64,000 nt of DNA, from the NCBI GenBank assembly GCA_964057225.1, contig OZ059897.1:2914001-2978000 (forward strand). The letters run 5' to 3'. Numbering within the stretch: the stretch's first letter is position 1; each line of letters starts with the position of its first letter. Positions 1 through 11,931 of the stretch are shown here, piece after piece. Below the pieces are notes generated by a model. That model did not search any database and was not told the origin of the DNA. It was given only the letters and a program-made list of their open reading frames with translations. Made by a program: the position numbers and the translations under genes. Origin of the DNA: Auanema rhodensis. Its lineage: Eukaryota; Animalia; Nematoda.

Positions 1-351
1 AGTGCATTCGATGCGGATTTTTAAGCTGCGTTGATCTGTGTTATCAGATTTGCGCTAGCTCAAAAATGCACCGAGTAATCAACTGATATAGGTTCACACT
101 TATATCCTCGATTTTCACCCTGAAGAATTAATTTTTTCGTTGAATAACATTGTCCATCGTCTTTGCCTTGAAAAAAGAAATCTAAAAACTCCTACTTTTT
201 GTGAAATTATTTAGAAATTTTTCGGGAAAATTTTTGTCACAATGTTTTTGGAAGCAATGTTGAGTGTACATGGGAACTCAGCATACACTAATGCATTATT
301 TTTCAAACGATCATAACTAATTTTTGTATGGAGCGTTTCTCAATGTAGTAT
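1..351 (+). repeat. Representative A-type monomer (phase arbitrary)
   Basis: Diagnostic alleles: GCGTTGA, TTTGCGCTA, GAGTAATC, ATATAGG, GAATTAATT, GAATAAC, CGTCTTTGCC, ACTCCT. Hand count is 117/351 G+C. Confidence 0.95.
257..298. repeat. Inverted repeat ATGTTGAGT/ACTCA(G/A)CAT plus 10-bp palindrome TAATGCATTA
   Basis: Arms lie at 257-265 and 276-284 and are perfect in the ACTCAACAT allele. The palindrome lies at 289-298. Confidence 0.85.
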
Positions 352-367
352 AGTGCATTCGATGCGG

Positions 368-418
368 ATTTTTAAGCTGCGTTGATCTGTGTTATCAGAT
401 TTGCGCTAGCTTAAAAAT
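368..418. repeat. Long imperfect inverted repeat/hairpin, present in each monomer and best in A type
   Basis: ATTTTTAAGCT (368-378) and AGCTTAAAAAT (408-418) form a perfect 11-bp inverted repeat. Inside it GCG/CGC and ATCTG/CAGAT pair around a TGTTAT loop. Confidence 0.9.
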
Positions 419-3400
419 GCACCGAGTAATCAACTGATATAGGTTCACACTTATATCCTCGATTTTCACCCTGAAGAATTAATTTTTTTGTTGAATAATG
501 TTGTCCATCGTCTTTGCCTTGAAAAAAAAAATCTAAAAACTCCTACTTTTTGTGAAATTATTTAGAAATTTTTCGGGAAAATTTTTGTCACAATGTTTTT
601 GGAAGCAATGTTGAGTGTACATGGGAACTCAGCATACACTAATGCATTATTTTTCAAACGATCATAACTAATTTTTGTATAGAGCGTTTCTCAATGTAGT
701 ATAGTGCATTCGATGCGGATTTTTAAGCTGCGTCGATCTGTGTTATAAGATTTGAGTTAGCTTGAAAATGCACCGAGATATCAACTGATATATGTTCACA
801 CTTATATCCTCGATTTTCACCCTGAAGAATTAATTTTTTCGTTGAATAACATTGTCCATCGTCTTTGCCTTGAAAAAAGAAATCTAAAAACTCCTACTTT
901 TTGTGAAATTATTTAGAAATTTTTCGGGAAAATTTTTGTCAAAATGTTTTTGGAAGCAATGTTGAGTGTACATGGGAACTCAGCATACACTAATGCATTA
1001 TTTTTCAAACGATCATAACTAATTTTTGTATAGAACGTTTCTCAATGTAGTATAGTTCATTCGATGCGGATTTTTAAGCTGCGTCGATCTGTGTTATCAG
1101 ATTTGAGTTAGCTTGAAAATGCACCGAGATATCAACTGATATATGTTCACACTTATATCCTTGATTTTCACCCTGAAGAAATGATTTTTTCGTTAACAAA
1201 CATTGTCCATCGTATTCGTCTTGAAAAAAGGAATCTAAAAACATCTACTTTTTGTGAAATTATTTAGAAATTTTTCGGGAAAATTTTTGTCAAAATGTTT
1301 TTGGAAGCAATGTTGAGTGTACATGGGAACTCAGCATACACTAATGCATTATTTTTCAAACGATCATAACTAATTTTTGTATAGAACGTTTCTCAATGTA
1401 GTATAGTTCATTCGATGCGGATTTTTAAGCTGCGTCGATCTGTGTTATCAGATTTGAGTTAGCTTAAAAATGCACCGAGATATCAACTGATATATGTTCA
1501 CACTTATATCCTCGATTTTCACCCTGAAGAATTAATTTTTTCGTTGAATAACATTGTCCATCGTCTTTGCCTTGAAAAAAGAAATCTAAAAACTCCTACT
1601 TTTTGTGAAATTATTTAGAAATTTTTCGGGAAAATTTTTGTCACAATGTTTTTGGAAGCAATGTTGAGTGTACATGGGAACTCAGCATACACTAATGCAT
1701 TATTTTTCAAACGATCATAACTAATTTTTGTATAGAGCGTTTCTCAATGTAGTATAGTGCATTCGATGCGGATTTTTAAGCTGCGTCGATCTGTGTTATC
1801 AGATTTGCGCTAGCTTAAAAATGCACCGAGTAATCAACTGATATAGGTTCACACTTATATCCTCGATTTTCACCCTGAAGAATTAATTTTTTCGTTGAAT
1901 AACATTGTCCATCGTCTTTGCCTTGAAAAAAGAAATCTAAAAACTCCTACTTTTTGTGAAATTATTTAGAAATTTTTCGGGAAAATTTTTGTCACAATGT
2001 TTTTGGAAGCAATGTTGAGTGTACATGGGAACTCAACATACACTAATGCATTATTTTTCAAACGAGCATAACTAATTTTTGTATGGAGCGTTTCTCAATG
2101 TAGTATAGTGCATTCGATGCGGATTTTTAAGCTGCGTTGATCTGTGTTATCAGATTTGCGCTAGCTTAAAAATGCACCGAGTAATCAACTGATATAGGTT
2201 CACACTTATATCCTCGATTTTCACCCTGAAGAATTAATTTTTTCGTTGAATAACATTGTCCATCGTCTTTGCCTTGAAAAAAGAAATCTAAAAACTCCTA
2301 CTTTTTGTGAAATTATTTAGAAATTTTTCGGGAAAATTTTTGTCACAATGTTTTTGGAAGCAATGTTGAGTGTACATGGGAACTCAGCATACACTAATGC
2401 ATTATTTTTCAAACGATCATAACTAATTTTTGTATGGAGCGTTTCTCAATGTAGTATAGTGCATTCGATGCGGATTTTTAAGCTGCGTTGATCTGTGTTA
2501 TCAGATTTGCGCTAGCTTAAAAATGCACCGAGTAATCAACTGATATAGATTCACACTTATATCCTCGATTTTCACCCTGAAGAATTAATTTTTTCGTTGA
2601 ATAACGTTGTCCATCGTCTTCGCCTTGAAAAAAAAAATCTAAAAACTCCTACTTTTTGTGAAATTATTTAGAAATTTTTCGGGAAAATTTTTGTCACAAT
2701 GTTTTTGGAAGCAATGTTGAGTGTACATGGGAACTCAGCATACACTAATGCATTATTTTTCAAACGATCATAACTAATTTTTGTATAGAGCGTTTCTCAA
2801 TGTAGTATAGTGCGTTCGATGCGGATTTTTAAGCTGCGTCGATCTGTGTTATCAGATTTGAGTTAGCTTGAAAATGCACCGAGATATCAACTGATATATG
2901 TTCACACTTATATCCTCGATTTTCACCCTGAAGAATTAATTTTTTCGTTGAATAACATTGTCCATCGTCTTTGCCTTGAAAAAAGAAATCTAAAAACTCC
3001 TACTTTTTGTGAAATTATTTAGAAATTTTTCGGGAAAATTTTTGTCAAAATGTTTTTGGAAGCAATGTTGAGTGTACATGGGAACTCAGCATACACTAAT
3101 GCATTATTTTTCAAACGATCATAACTAATTTTTGTATAGAGCGTTTCTCAATGTAGTATAGTTCATTCGATGCGGATTTTTAAGCTGCGTCGATCTGTGT
3201 TATCAGATTTGAGTTAGCTTAAAAATGCACCGAGATATCAACTGATATATGTTCACACTTATATCCTCGATTTTCACCCTGAAGAAATGATTTTTTCGTT
3301 AACAAACATTGTCCATCGTATTCGTCTTGAAAAAAGGAATCTAAAAACATCTACTTTTTGTGAAATTATTTAGAAATTTTTCGGGAAAATTTTTGTCAAA

Positions 3401-4563
3401 ATGTTTTTGGAAGCAATGTTGAGTGTACATGGGAACTCAACATACACTAATGCATTATTTTTCAAACGATCATAACTAATTTTTGTATAGAGCGTTTCTC
3501 AATGTAGTATAGTGCATTCGATGCGGATTTTTAAGCTGCGTCGATCTGTGTTATCAGATTTGCGCTAGCTTAAAAATGCACCGAGTAATCAACTGATATA
3601 GGTTCACACTTATATCCTCGATTTTCACCCTGAAGAATTAATTTTTTCGTTGAATAACATTGTCCATCGTCTTTGCCTTGAAAAAAGAAATCTAAAAACT
3701 CCTACTTTTTGTGAAATTATTTAGAAATTTTTCGGGAAAATTTTTGTCACAATGTTTTTGGAAGCAATGTTGAGTGTACATGGGAACTCAGCATACACTA
3801 ATGCATTATTTTTCAAACGATCATAACTAATTTTTGTATGGAGCGTTTCTCAATGTAGTATAGTGCATTCGATGCGGATTTTTAAGCTGCGTTGATCTGT
3901 GTTATCAGATTTGCGCTAGCTTAAAAATGCACCGAGTAATCAACTGATATAGGTTCACACTTATATCCTCGATTTTCACCCTGAAGAATTAATTTTTTCG
4001 TTGAATAACATTGTCCATCGTCTTTGCCTTGAAAAAAGAAATCTAAAAACTCCTACTTTTCGTGAAATTATTTAGAAATTTTTCGGGAAAATTTTTGTCA
4101 CAATGTTTTTGGAAGCAATGTTGAGTGTACATGGGAACTCAGCATACACTAATGCATTATTTTTCAAACGATCATAACTAATTTTTGTATAGAGCGTTTC
4201 TTAATGTAGTATAGTGCATTCTATGCGGATTTTTAAGCTGCGTCGATCTGTGTTATCAGATTTGAGTTAGCTTGAAAATGCACCGAGATATCAACTGATA
4301 TATGTTCACACTTATATCCTCGATTTTCACCCTGAAGAATTAATTTTTTCGTTGAATAACATTGTCCATCGTCTTTGCCTTGAAAAAAGAAATCTGAAAA
4401 CTCCTACTTTTTGTGAAATTATTTAGAAATTTTTCGGGAAAATTTTTGTCACAATGTTTTTGGAAGCAATGTTGAGTGTACATGGGAACTCAGCATACAC
4501 TAATGCATTATTTTTCAAACGATCATAACTAATTTTTGTATAGAGCGTTTCTCAATGTAGTAT

Positions 4564-5967
4564 AGTGCATTCGATGCGGATTTTGAAGCTGCGTCGAGCT
4601 GTGTTATCAGATTTGAGTTAGCTTGAAAATGCACCGAGATATCAACTGATATATGTTCACACTTATATCCTCGATTTTCACTCTGAAGAAATGATTTTTT
4701 CGTTGAAAAACATTGTCCATCGTATTCGTCTTGAAAAAAGGAATCTAAAAACATCTACTTTCTGTGAAATTATTTAGAAATTTTTCGGGAAAATTTTTGT
4801 CACAATGTTTTTGGAAGCAATGTTGAGTGTACATGGGAACTCAGCATACACTAATGCATTATTTTTCAAACGATCATAACTAATTTTTGTATAGAGCGTT
4901 TCTCAATGTAGTATAGTGCATTCGTTGCGGATTTTTAAGCTGCGTCGATCTGTGTTATCAGATTTGCGCTAGCTTAAAAATGCACCGAGTAATCAACTGA
5001 TATAGGTTCACACTTATATCCTCGATTTTCACCCTGAAGAATTAATTTTTTCGTTGAATAACATTGTCCATCGTCTTTGCCTTGAAAAAAGAAATCTAAA
5101 AACTCCTACTTTTCGTGCAATTATTTAGAAATTTTTCGGGAAAAGTTTTGTCACAATGTTTTTGGAAGCAATGTTGAGTGTACATGGGAACTCAGCATAC
5201 ACTAATGCATTATTTTTCAAACGATCATAACTAATTTTTGTATAGAGCGTTTCTCAATGTAGTATAGTGCATTCGATGCGGATTTTTAAGCTGCGTCGAT
5301 CTGTGTTATCAGATTTGAGTTAGCTTGAAAATGCACCGAGATATCAACTGATATATGTTCACACTTATATCCTCGATTTTCACTCTGAAGAAATGATTTT
5401 TTCGTTGAAAAACATTGTCCATCGTATTCGTCTTGAAAAAAGGAATCTAAAAACATCTACTTTCTGTGAAATTATTTAGAAATTTTTCGGGAAAATTTTT
5501 GTCACAATGTTTTTGGAAGCAATGTTGAGTGTACATGGGAACTCAGCATACACTAATGCATTATTTTTCAAACGATCATAACTAATTTTTGTATAGAGCG
5601 TTTCTCAATGTAGTATAGTGCATTCGTTGCGGATTTTTAAGCTGCGTCGATCTGTGTTATCAGATTTGCGCTAGCTTAAAAATGCACCGAGTAATCAACT
5701 GATATAGGTTCACACTTATATCCTCGATTTTCACCCTGAAGAATTAATTTTTTCGTTGAATAACATTGTCCATCGTCTTTGCCTTGAAAAAAGAAATCTA
5801 AAAACTCCTACTTTTCGTGCAATTATTTAGAAATTTTTCGGGAAAAGTTTTGTCACAATGTTTTTGGAAGCAATGTTGAGTGTACATGGGAACTCAGCAT
5901 ACACTAATGCATTATTTTTCAAACGATCATAACTAATTTTTGTATAGAGCGTTTCTCAATGTAGTAT
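4564..5967 (+). repeat. Local 2-mer (702-bp) tandem duplication
   Basis: Rare variants CACTCTGAAG, CTTTCTGTG, TTCGTTGCGG, CGTGCAATT and AAAAGTTTTG each recur 702 bp apart, e.g. TTCGTTGCGG at 4921 and 5623. Confidence 0.9.
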
Positions 5968-8900
5968 AGTGCATTCGATGCGGATTTTTAAGCTGCGTCG
6001 ATCTGTGTTATCAGATTTGAGTTAGCTTGAAAATGCACCGAGATATCAACTGATATATGTTCACACTTATATCCTCGATTTTCACTCTGAAGATATGATT
6101 TTTTCGTTGAAAAACATTGTCCATCGTATTCGTCTTGAAAAAAGGAATCTAAAAACATCTACTTTTTGTGAAATTATTTAGAAATTTTTCGGGAAAATTT
6201 TTGTCACAATGTTTTTGGAAGCAATGTTGAGTGTACATGGGAACTCAGCATACACTAATGCATTATTTTTCAAACGATCATAACTAATTTTTGTATAGAA
6301 CGTTTCTCAATGTAGTATAGTTCATTCGATGCGGATTTTTAAGCTGCGTCGATCTGTGTTATCAGATTTGAGTTAGCTTGAAAATGCACCGAGATATCAA
6401 CTGATATATGTTCACACTTATATCCTTGATTTTCACCCTGAAGAAATGATTTTTTCGTTAACAAACATTGTCCATCGTATTCGTCTTGAAAAAAGGAATC
6501 TAAAAACATCTACTTTTTGTGAAATTATTTAGAAATTTTTCGGGAAAATTTGGTCACAATGTTTTTGGAAGCAATGTTGAGTGTACATGGGAACTCAGCA
6601 TACACTAATGCATTATTTTTCAAACGATCATAACTAATTTTGGTATAGAGCGTTTCTCAATGTAGTATAGTGCATTCGATGCGGATTTTTAAGCTGCGTC
6701 GATCTGTGTTATCAGATTTGAGTTAGCTTAAAAATGCACCGAGATATCAACTGATATATGTTCACACTTATATCCTCGATTTTCACCCTGAAGAAATGAT
6801 TTTTTCGTTGAAAAACATTGTCCATCGTATTCGTCTTGAAAAAAAGAATCTAAAAACATCTACTTTTTGTGAAATTATTCAGAAATTTTTCGGGAAAATT
6901 TTTGTCAAAATGTTTTTGGAAGCAATGTTGAGTGTACATGGGAACTCAACATACACTAATGCATTATTTTTCAAACGATCATAACTAATTTTTGTATGGA
7001 GCGTTTCTCAATGTAGTATAGTGCATTCGATGCGGATTTTTAAGCTGCGTTGATCTGTGTTATCAGATTTGCGCTAGCTTAAAAATGCACCGAGTAATCA
7101 ACTGATATAGGTTCACACTTATATCCTCGATTTTCACCATGAAGAATTAATTTTTTCGTTGAATAACATTGTCCATCGTCTTTGCCTTGAAAAAAGAAAT
7201 CTAAAAACTCCTACTTTTCGTGAAATTATTTAGAAATTTTTCGGGAAAATTTTTGTCACAATGTTTTTGGAAGCAATGTTGAGTGTACATGGGAACTCAG
7301 CATACACTAATGCATTATTTTTCAAACGATCATAACTAATTTTTGTATGGAGCGTTTCTCAATGTAGTATAGTGCATTCGATGCGGATTTTTAAGCTGCG
7401 TTGATCTGTGTTATCAGATTTGCGCTAGCTTAAAAATGCACCGAGTAATCAACTGATATAGGTTCACACTTATATCCTCGATTTTCACCCTGAAGAATTA
7501 ATTTTTTCGTTGAATAACATTGTCCATCGTCTTTGCCTTGAAAAAAGAAATCTAAAAACTCCTACTTTTTGTGAAATTATTTAGAAATTTTTCGGGAAAA
7601 TTTTTGTCACAATGTTTTTGGAAGCAATGTTGAGTGTACATGGGAACTCAGCATACACTAATGCATTATTTTTCAAACGATCATAACTAATTTTTGTATA
7701 GAGCGTTTTTCAATGTAGTATAGTGCATTCGATGCGGATTTTTAAGCTGCGTTGATCTGTGTTATCAGATTTGCGCTAGCTTAAAAATGCACCGAGTAAT
7801 CAACTGATATAGGTTCACACTTATATCCTCGATTTTCACCCTGAAGAATTAATTTTTTCGTTGAATAACGTTGTCCATCGTCTTTGCCTTGAAAAAAAAA
7901 ATCTAAAAACTCCTACTTTTTGTGAAATTATTTAGAAATTTTTCGGGAAAATTTTTGTCACAATGTTTTTGGAAGCAATGTTGAGTGTACATGGGAACTC
8001 AGCATACACTAATGCATTATTTTTCAAACGATCATAACTAATTTTTGTATAGAGCGTTTTTCAATGTAGTATAGTGCATTCGATGCGGATTTTTAAGCTG
8101 CGTTGATCTGTGTTATCAGATTTGCGCTAGCTTAAAAATGCACCGAGTAATCAACTGATATAGGTTCACACTTATATCCTCGATTTTCACCCTGAAGAAT
8201 TAATTTTTTCGTTGAATAACATTGTCCATCGTCTTTGCCTTGAAAAAAGAAATCTAAAAACTCCTACTTTTTGTGAAATTATTTAGAAATTTTTCGGGAA
8301 AATTTTTGTCACAATGTTTTTGGAAGCAATGTTGAGTGTACATGGGAACTCAGCATACACTAATGCATTATTTTTCAAACGATCATAACTAATTTTTGTA
8401 TAGAACGTTTCTCAATGTAGTATAGTTCATTCGATGCGGATTTTTAAGCTGCGTCGATCTGTGTTATCAGATTTGAGTTAGCTTGAAAATGCACCGAGAT
8501 ATCAACTGATATATGTTCACACTTATATCCTTGATTTTCACCCTGAAGAAATGATTTTTTCGTTAACAAACATTGTCCATCGTATTCGTCTTGAAAAAAG
8601 GAATCTAAAAACATCTACTTTTTGTGAAATTATTTAGAAATTTTTCGGGAAAATTTGGTCACAATGTTTTTGGAAGCAATGTTGAGTGTACATGGGAACT
8701 CAGCATACACTAATGCATTATTTTTCAAACGATCATAACTAATTTTGGTATAGAGCGTTTCTCAATGTAGTATAGTGCATTCGATGCGGATTTTTAAGCT
8801 GCGTCGATCTGTGTTATCAGATTTGAGTTAGCTTAAAAATGCACCGAGATATCAACTGATATATGTTCACACTTATATCCTCGATTTTCACCCTGAAGAA

Positions 8901-11900
8901 ATGATTTTTTCGTTGAAAAACATTGTCCATCGTATTCGTCTTGAAAAAAAGAATCTAAAAACATCTACTTTTTGTGAAATTATTCAGAAATTTTTCGGGA
9001 AAATTTTTGTCAAAATGTTTTTGGAAGCAATGTTGAGTGTACATGGGAACTCAACATACACTAATGCATTATTTTTCAAACGATCATAACTAATTTTTGT
9101 ATGGAGCGTTTCTCAATGTAGTATAGTGCATTCGATGCGGATTTTTAAGCTGCGTTGATCTGTGTTATCAGATTTGCGCTAGCTTAAAAATGCACCGAGT
9201 AATCAACTGATATAGGTTCACACTTATATCCTCGATTTTCACCATGAAGAATTAATTTTTTCGTTGAATAACATTGTCCATCGTCTTTGCCTTGAAAAAA
9301 GAAATCTAAAAACTCCTACTTTTCGTGAAATTATTTAGAAATTTTTCGGGAAAATTTTTGTCACAATGTTTTTGGAAGCAATGTTGAGTGTACATGGGAA
9401 CTCAGCATACACTAATGCATTATTTTTCAAACGATCATAACTAATTTTTGTATGGAGCGTTTCTCAATGTAGTATAGTGCATTCGATGCGGATTTTTAAG
9501 CTGCGTTGATCTGTGTTATCAGATTTGCGCTAGCTTAAAAATGCACCGAGTAATCAACTGATATAGGTTCACACTTATATCCTCGATTTTCACCCTGAAG
9601 AATTAATTTTTTCGTTGAATAACGTTGTCCATCGTCTTTGCCTTGAAAAAAAAAATCTAAAAACTCCTACTTTTTGTGAAATTATTTAGAAATTTTTCGG
9701 GAAAATTTTTGTCACAATGTTTTTGGAAGCAATGTTGAGTGTACATGGGAACTCAGCATACACTAATGCATTATTTTTCAAACGATCATAACTAATTTTT
9801 GTATGGAGCGTTTCTCAATGTAGTATAGTGCATTCGATGCGGATTTTTAAGCTGCGTTGATCTGTGTTATCAGATTTGCGCTAGCTTAAAAATGCACCGA
9901 GTAATCAACTGATATAGGTTCACACTTATATCCTCGATTTTCACCCTGAAGAATTAATTTTTTCGTTGAATAACATTGTCCATCGTCTTTGCCTTGAAAA
10001 AAGAAATCTAAAAACTCCTACTTTTTGTGAAATTATTTAGAAATTTTTCGGGAAAATTTTTGTCACAATGTTTTTGGAAGCAATGTTGAGTGTACATGGG
10101 AACTCAGCATACACTAATGCATTATTTTTCAAACGATCATAACTAATTTTTGTATAGAGCGTTTTTCAATGTAGTATAGTGCATTCGATGCGGATTTTTA
10201 AGCTGCGTTGATCTGTGTTATCAGATTTGCGCTAGCTTAAAAATGCACCGAGTAATCAACTGATATAGGTTCACACTTATATCCTCGATTTTCACCCTGA
10301 AGAATTAATTTTTTCGTTGAATAACGTTGTCCATCGTCTTTGCCTTGAAAAAAAAAATCTAAAAACTCCTACTTTTTGTGAAATTATTTAGAAATTTTTC
10401 GGGAAAATTTTTGTCACAATGTTTTTGGAAGCAATGTTGAGTGTACATGGGAACTCAGCATACACTAATGCATTATTTTTCAAACGATCATAACTAATTT
10501 TTGTATAGAGCGTTTTTCAATGTAGTATAGTGCATTCGATGCGGATTTTTAAGCTGCGTTGATCTGTGTTATCAGATTTGCGCTAGCTTAAAAATGCACC
10601 GAGTAATCAACTGATATAGGTTCACACTTATATCCTCGATTTTCACCCTGAAGAATTAATTTTTTCGTTGAATAACGTTGTCCATCGTCTTTGCCTTGAA
10701 AAAAAAAATCTAAAAACTCCTACTTTTTGTGAAATTATTTAGAAATTTTTCGGGAAAATTTTTGTCACAATGTTTTTGGAAGCAATGTTGAGTGTACATG
10801 GGAACTCAGCATACACTAATGCATTATTTTTCAAACGATCATAACTAATTTTTGTATGGAGCGTTTCTCAATGTAGTATAGTGCATTCGATGCGGATTTT
10901 TAAGCTGCGTTGATCTGTGTTATCAGATTTGCGCTAGCTTAAAAATGCACCGAGTAATCAACTGATATAGGTTCACACTTATATCCTCGATTTTCACCCT
11001 GAAGAATTAATTTTTTCGTTGAATAACATTGTCCATCGTCTTTGCCTTGAAAAAAGAAATCTAAAAACTCCTACTTTTTGTGAAATTATTTAGAAATTTT
11101 TCGGGAAAATTTTTGTCACAATGTTTTTGGAAGCAATGTTGAGTGTACATGGGAACTCAGCATACACTAATGCATTATTTTTCAAACGATCATAACTAAT
11201 TTTTGTATAGAGCGTTTTTCAATGTAGTATAGTGCATTCGATGCGGATTTTTAAGCTGCGTTGATCTGTGTTATCAGATTTGCGCTAGCTTAAAAATGCA
11301 CCGAGTAATCAACTGATATAGGTTCACACTTATATCCTCGATTTTCACCCTGAAGAATTAATTTTTTCGTTGAATAACATTGTCCATCGTCTTTGCCTTG
11401 AAAAAAAAATCTAAAAACTCCTACTTTTTGTGAAATTATTTAGAAATTTTTCGGGAAAATTTTTGTCACAATGTTTTTGGAAGCAATGTTGAGTGTACAT
11501 GGGAACTCAGCATACACTAATGCATTATTTTTCAAACGATCATAACTAATTTTTGTATAGAGCGTTTCTCAATGTAGTATAGTGCATTCGATGCGGATTT
11601 TTAAGCTGCGTCGATCTGTTTTATCAGATTTGAGTTAGCTTAAAAATGCACCGAGATATCAACTGATATATGTTCACACTTATATCCTCGATTTTCACCC
11701 TGAAGAAATGATTTTTTCGTTGAAAAACATTGTCCATCGTATTCGTCTTGAAAAAAAGAATCTAAAAACATCTACTTTTTGTGAAATTATTTAGAAATTT
11801 TTCGGGAAAATTTTTGTCACAATGTTTTTGGAAGCAATGTTGAGTGTACATGGGAACTCAGCATACACTAATGCATTATTTTTCAAACGATCATAACTAA

Positions 11901-11931
11901 TTTTTGTATAGAGCGTTTCTCAATGTAGTAT

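Noticed and set aside
195-230. CENP-B box (TTCG....A..CGGG)
   Set aside because: TTCG and CGGG both occur but never with the required 7-nt spacing on either strand.
1-351. Internal ~175-bp dimer or ~117-bp trimer substructure
   Set aside because: No alignment between halves or thirds was visible by eye beyond short TTTTTGT tracts. A self dot plot would be needed to exclude ancient similarity.
1-351. Assignment to a named satellite (Drosophila 359-bp/1.688 family, tenebrionid 340-360-bp satellites) or to a 5S/tRNA/snRNA/SL tandem gene unit
   Set aside because: Only length and AT-richness are similar. I recognise no sequence match and no RNA-gene body. A BLAST or Rfam search is required.
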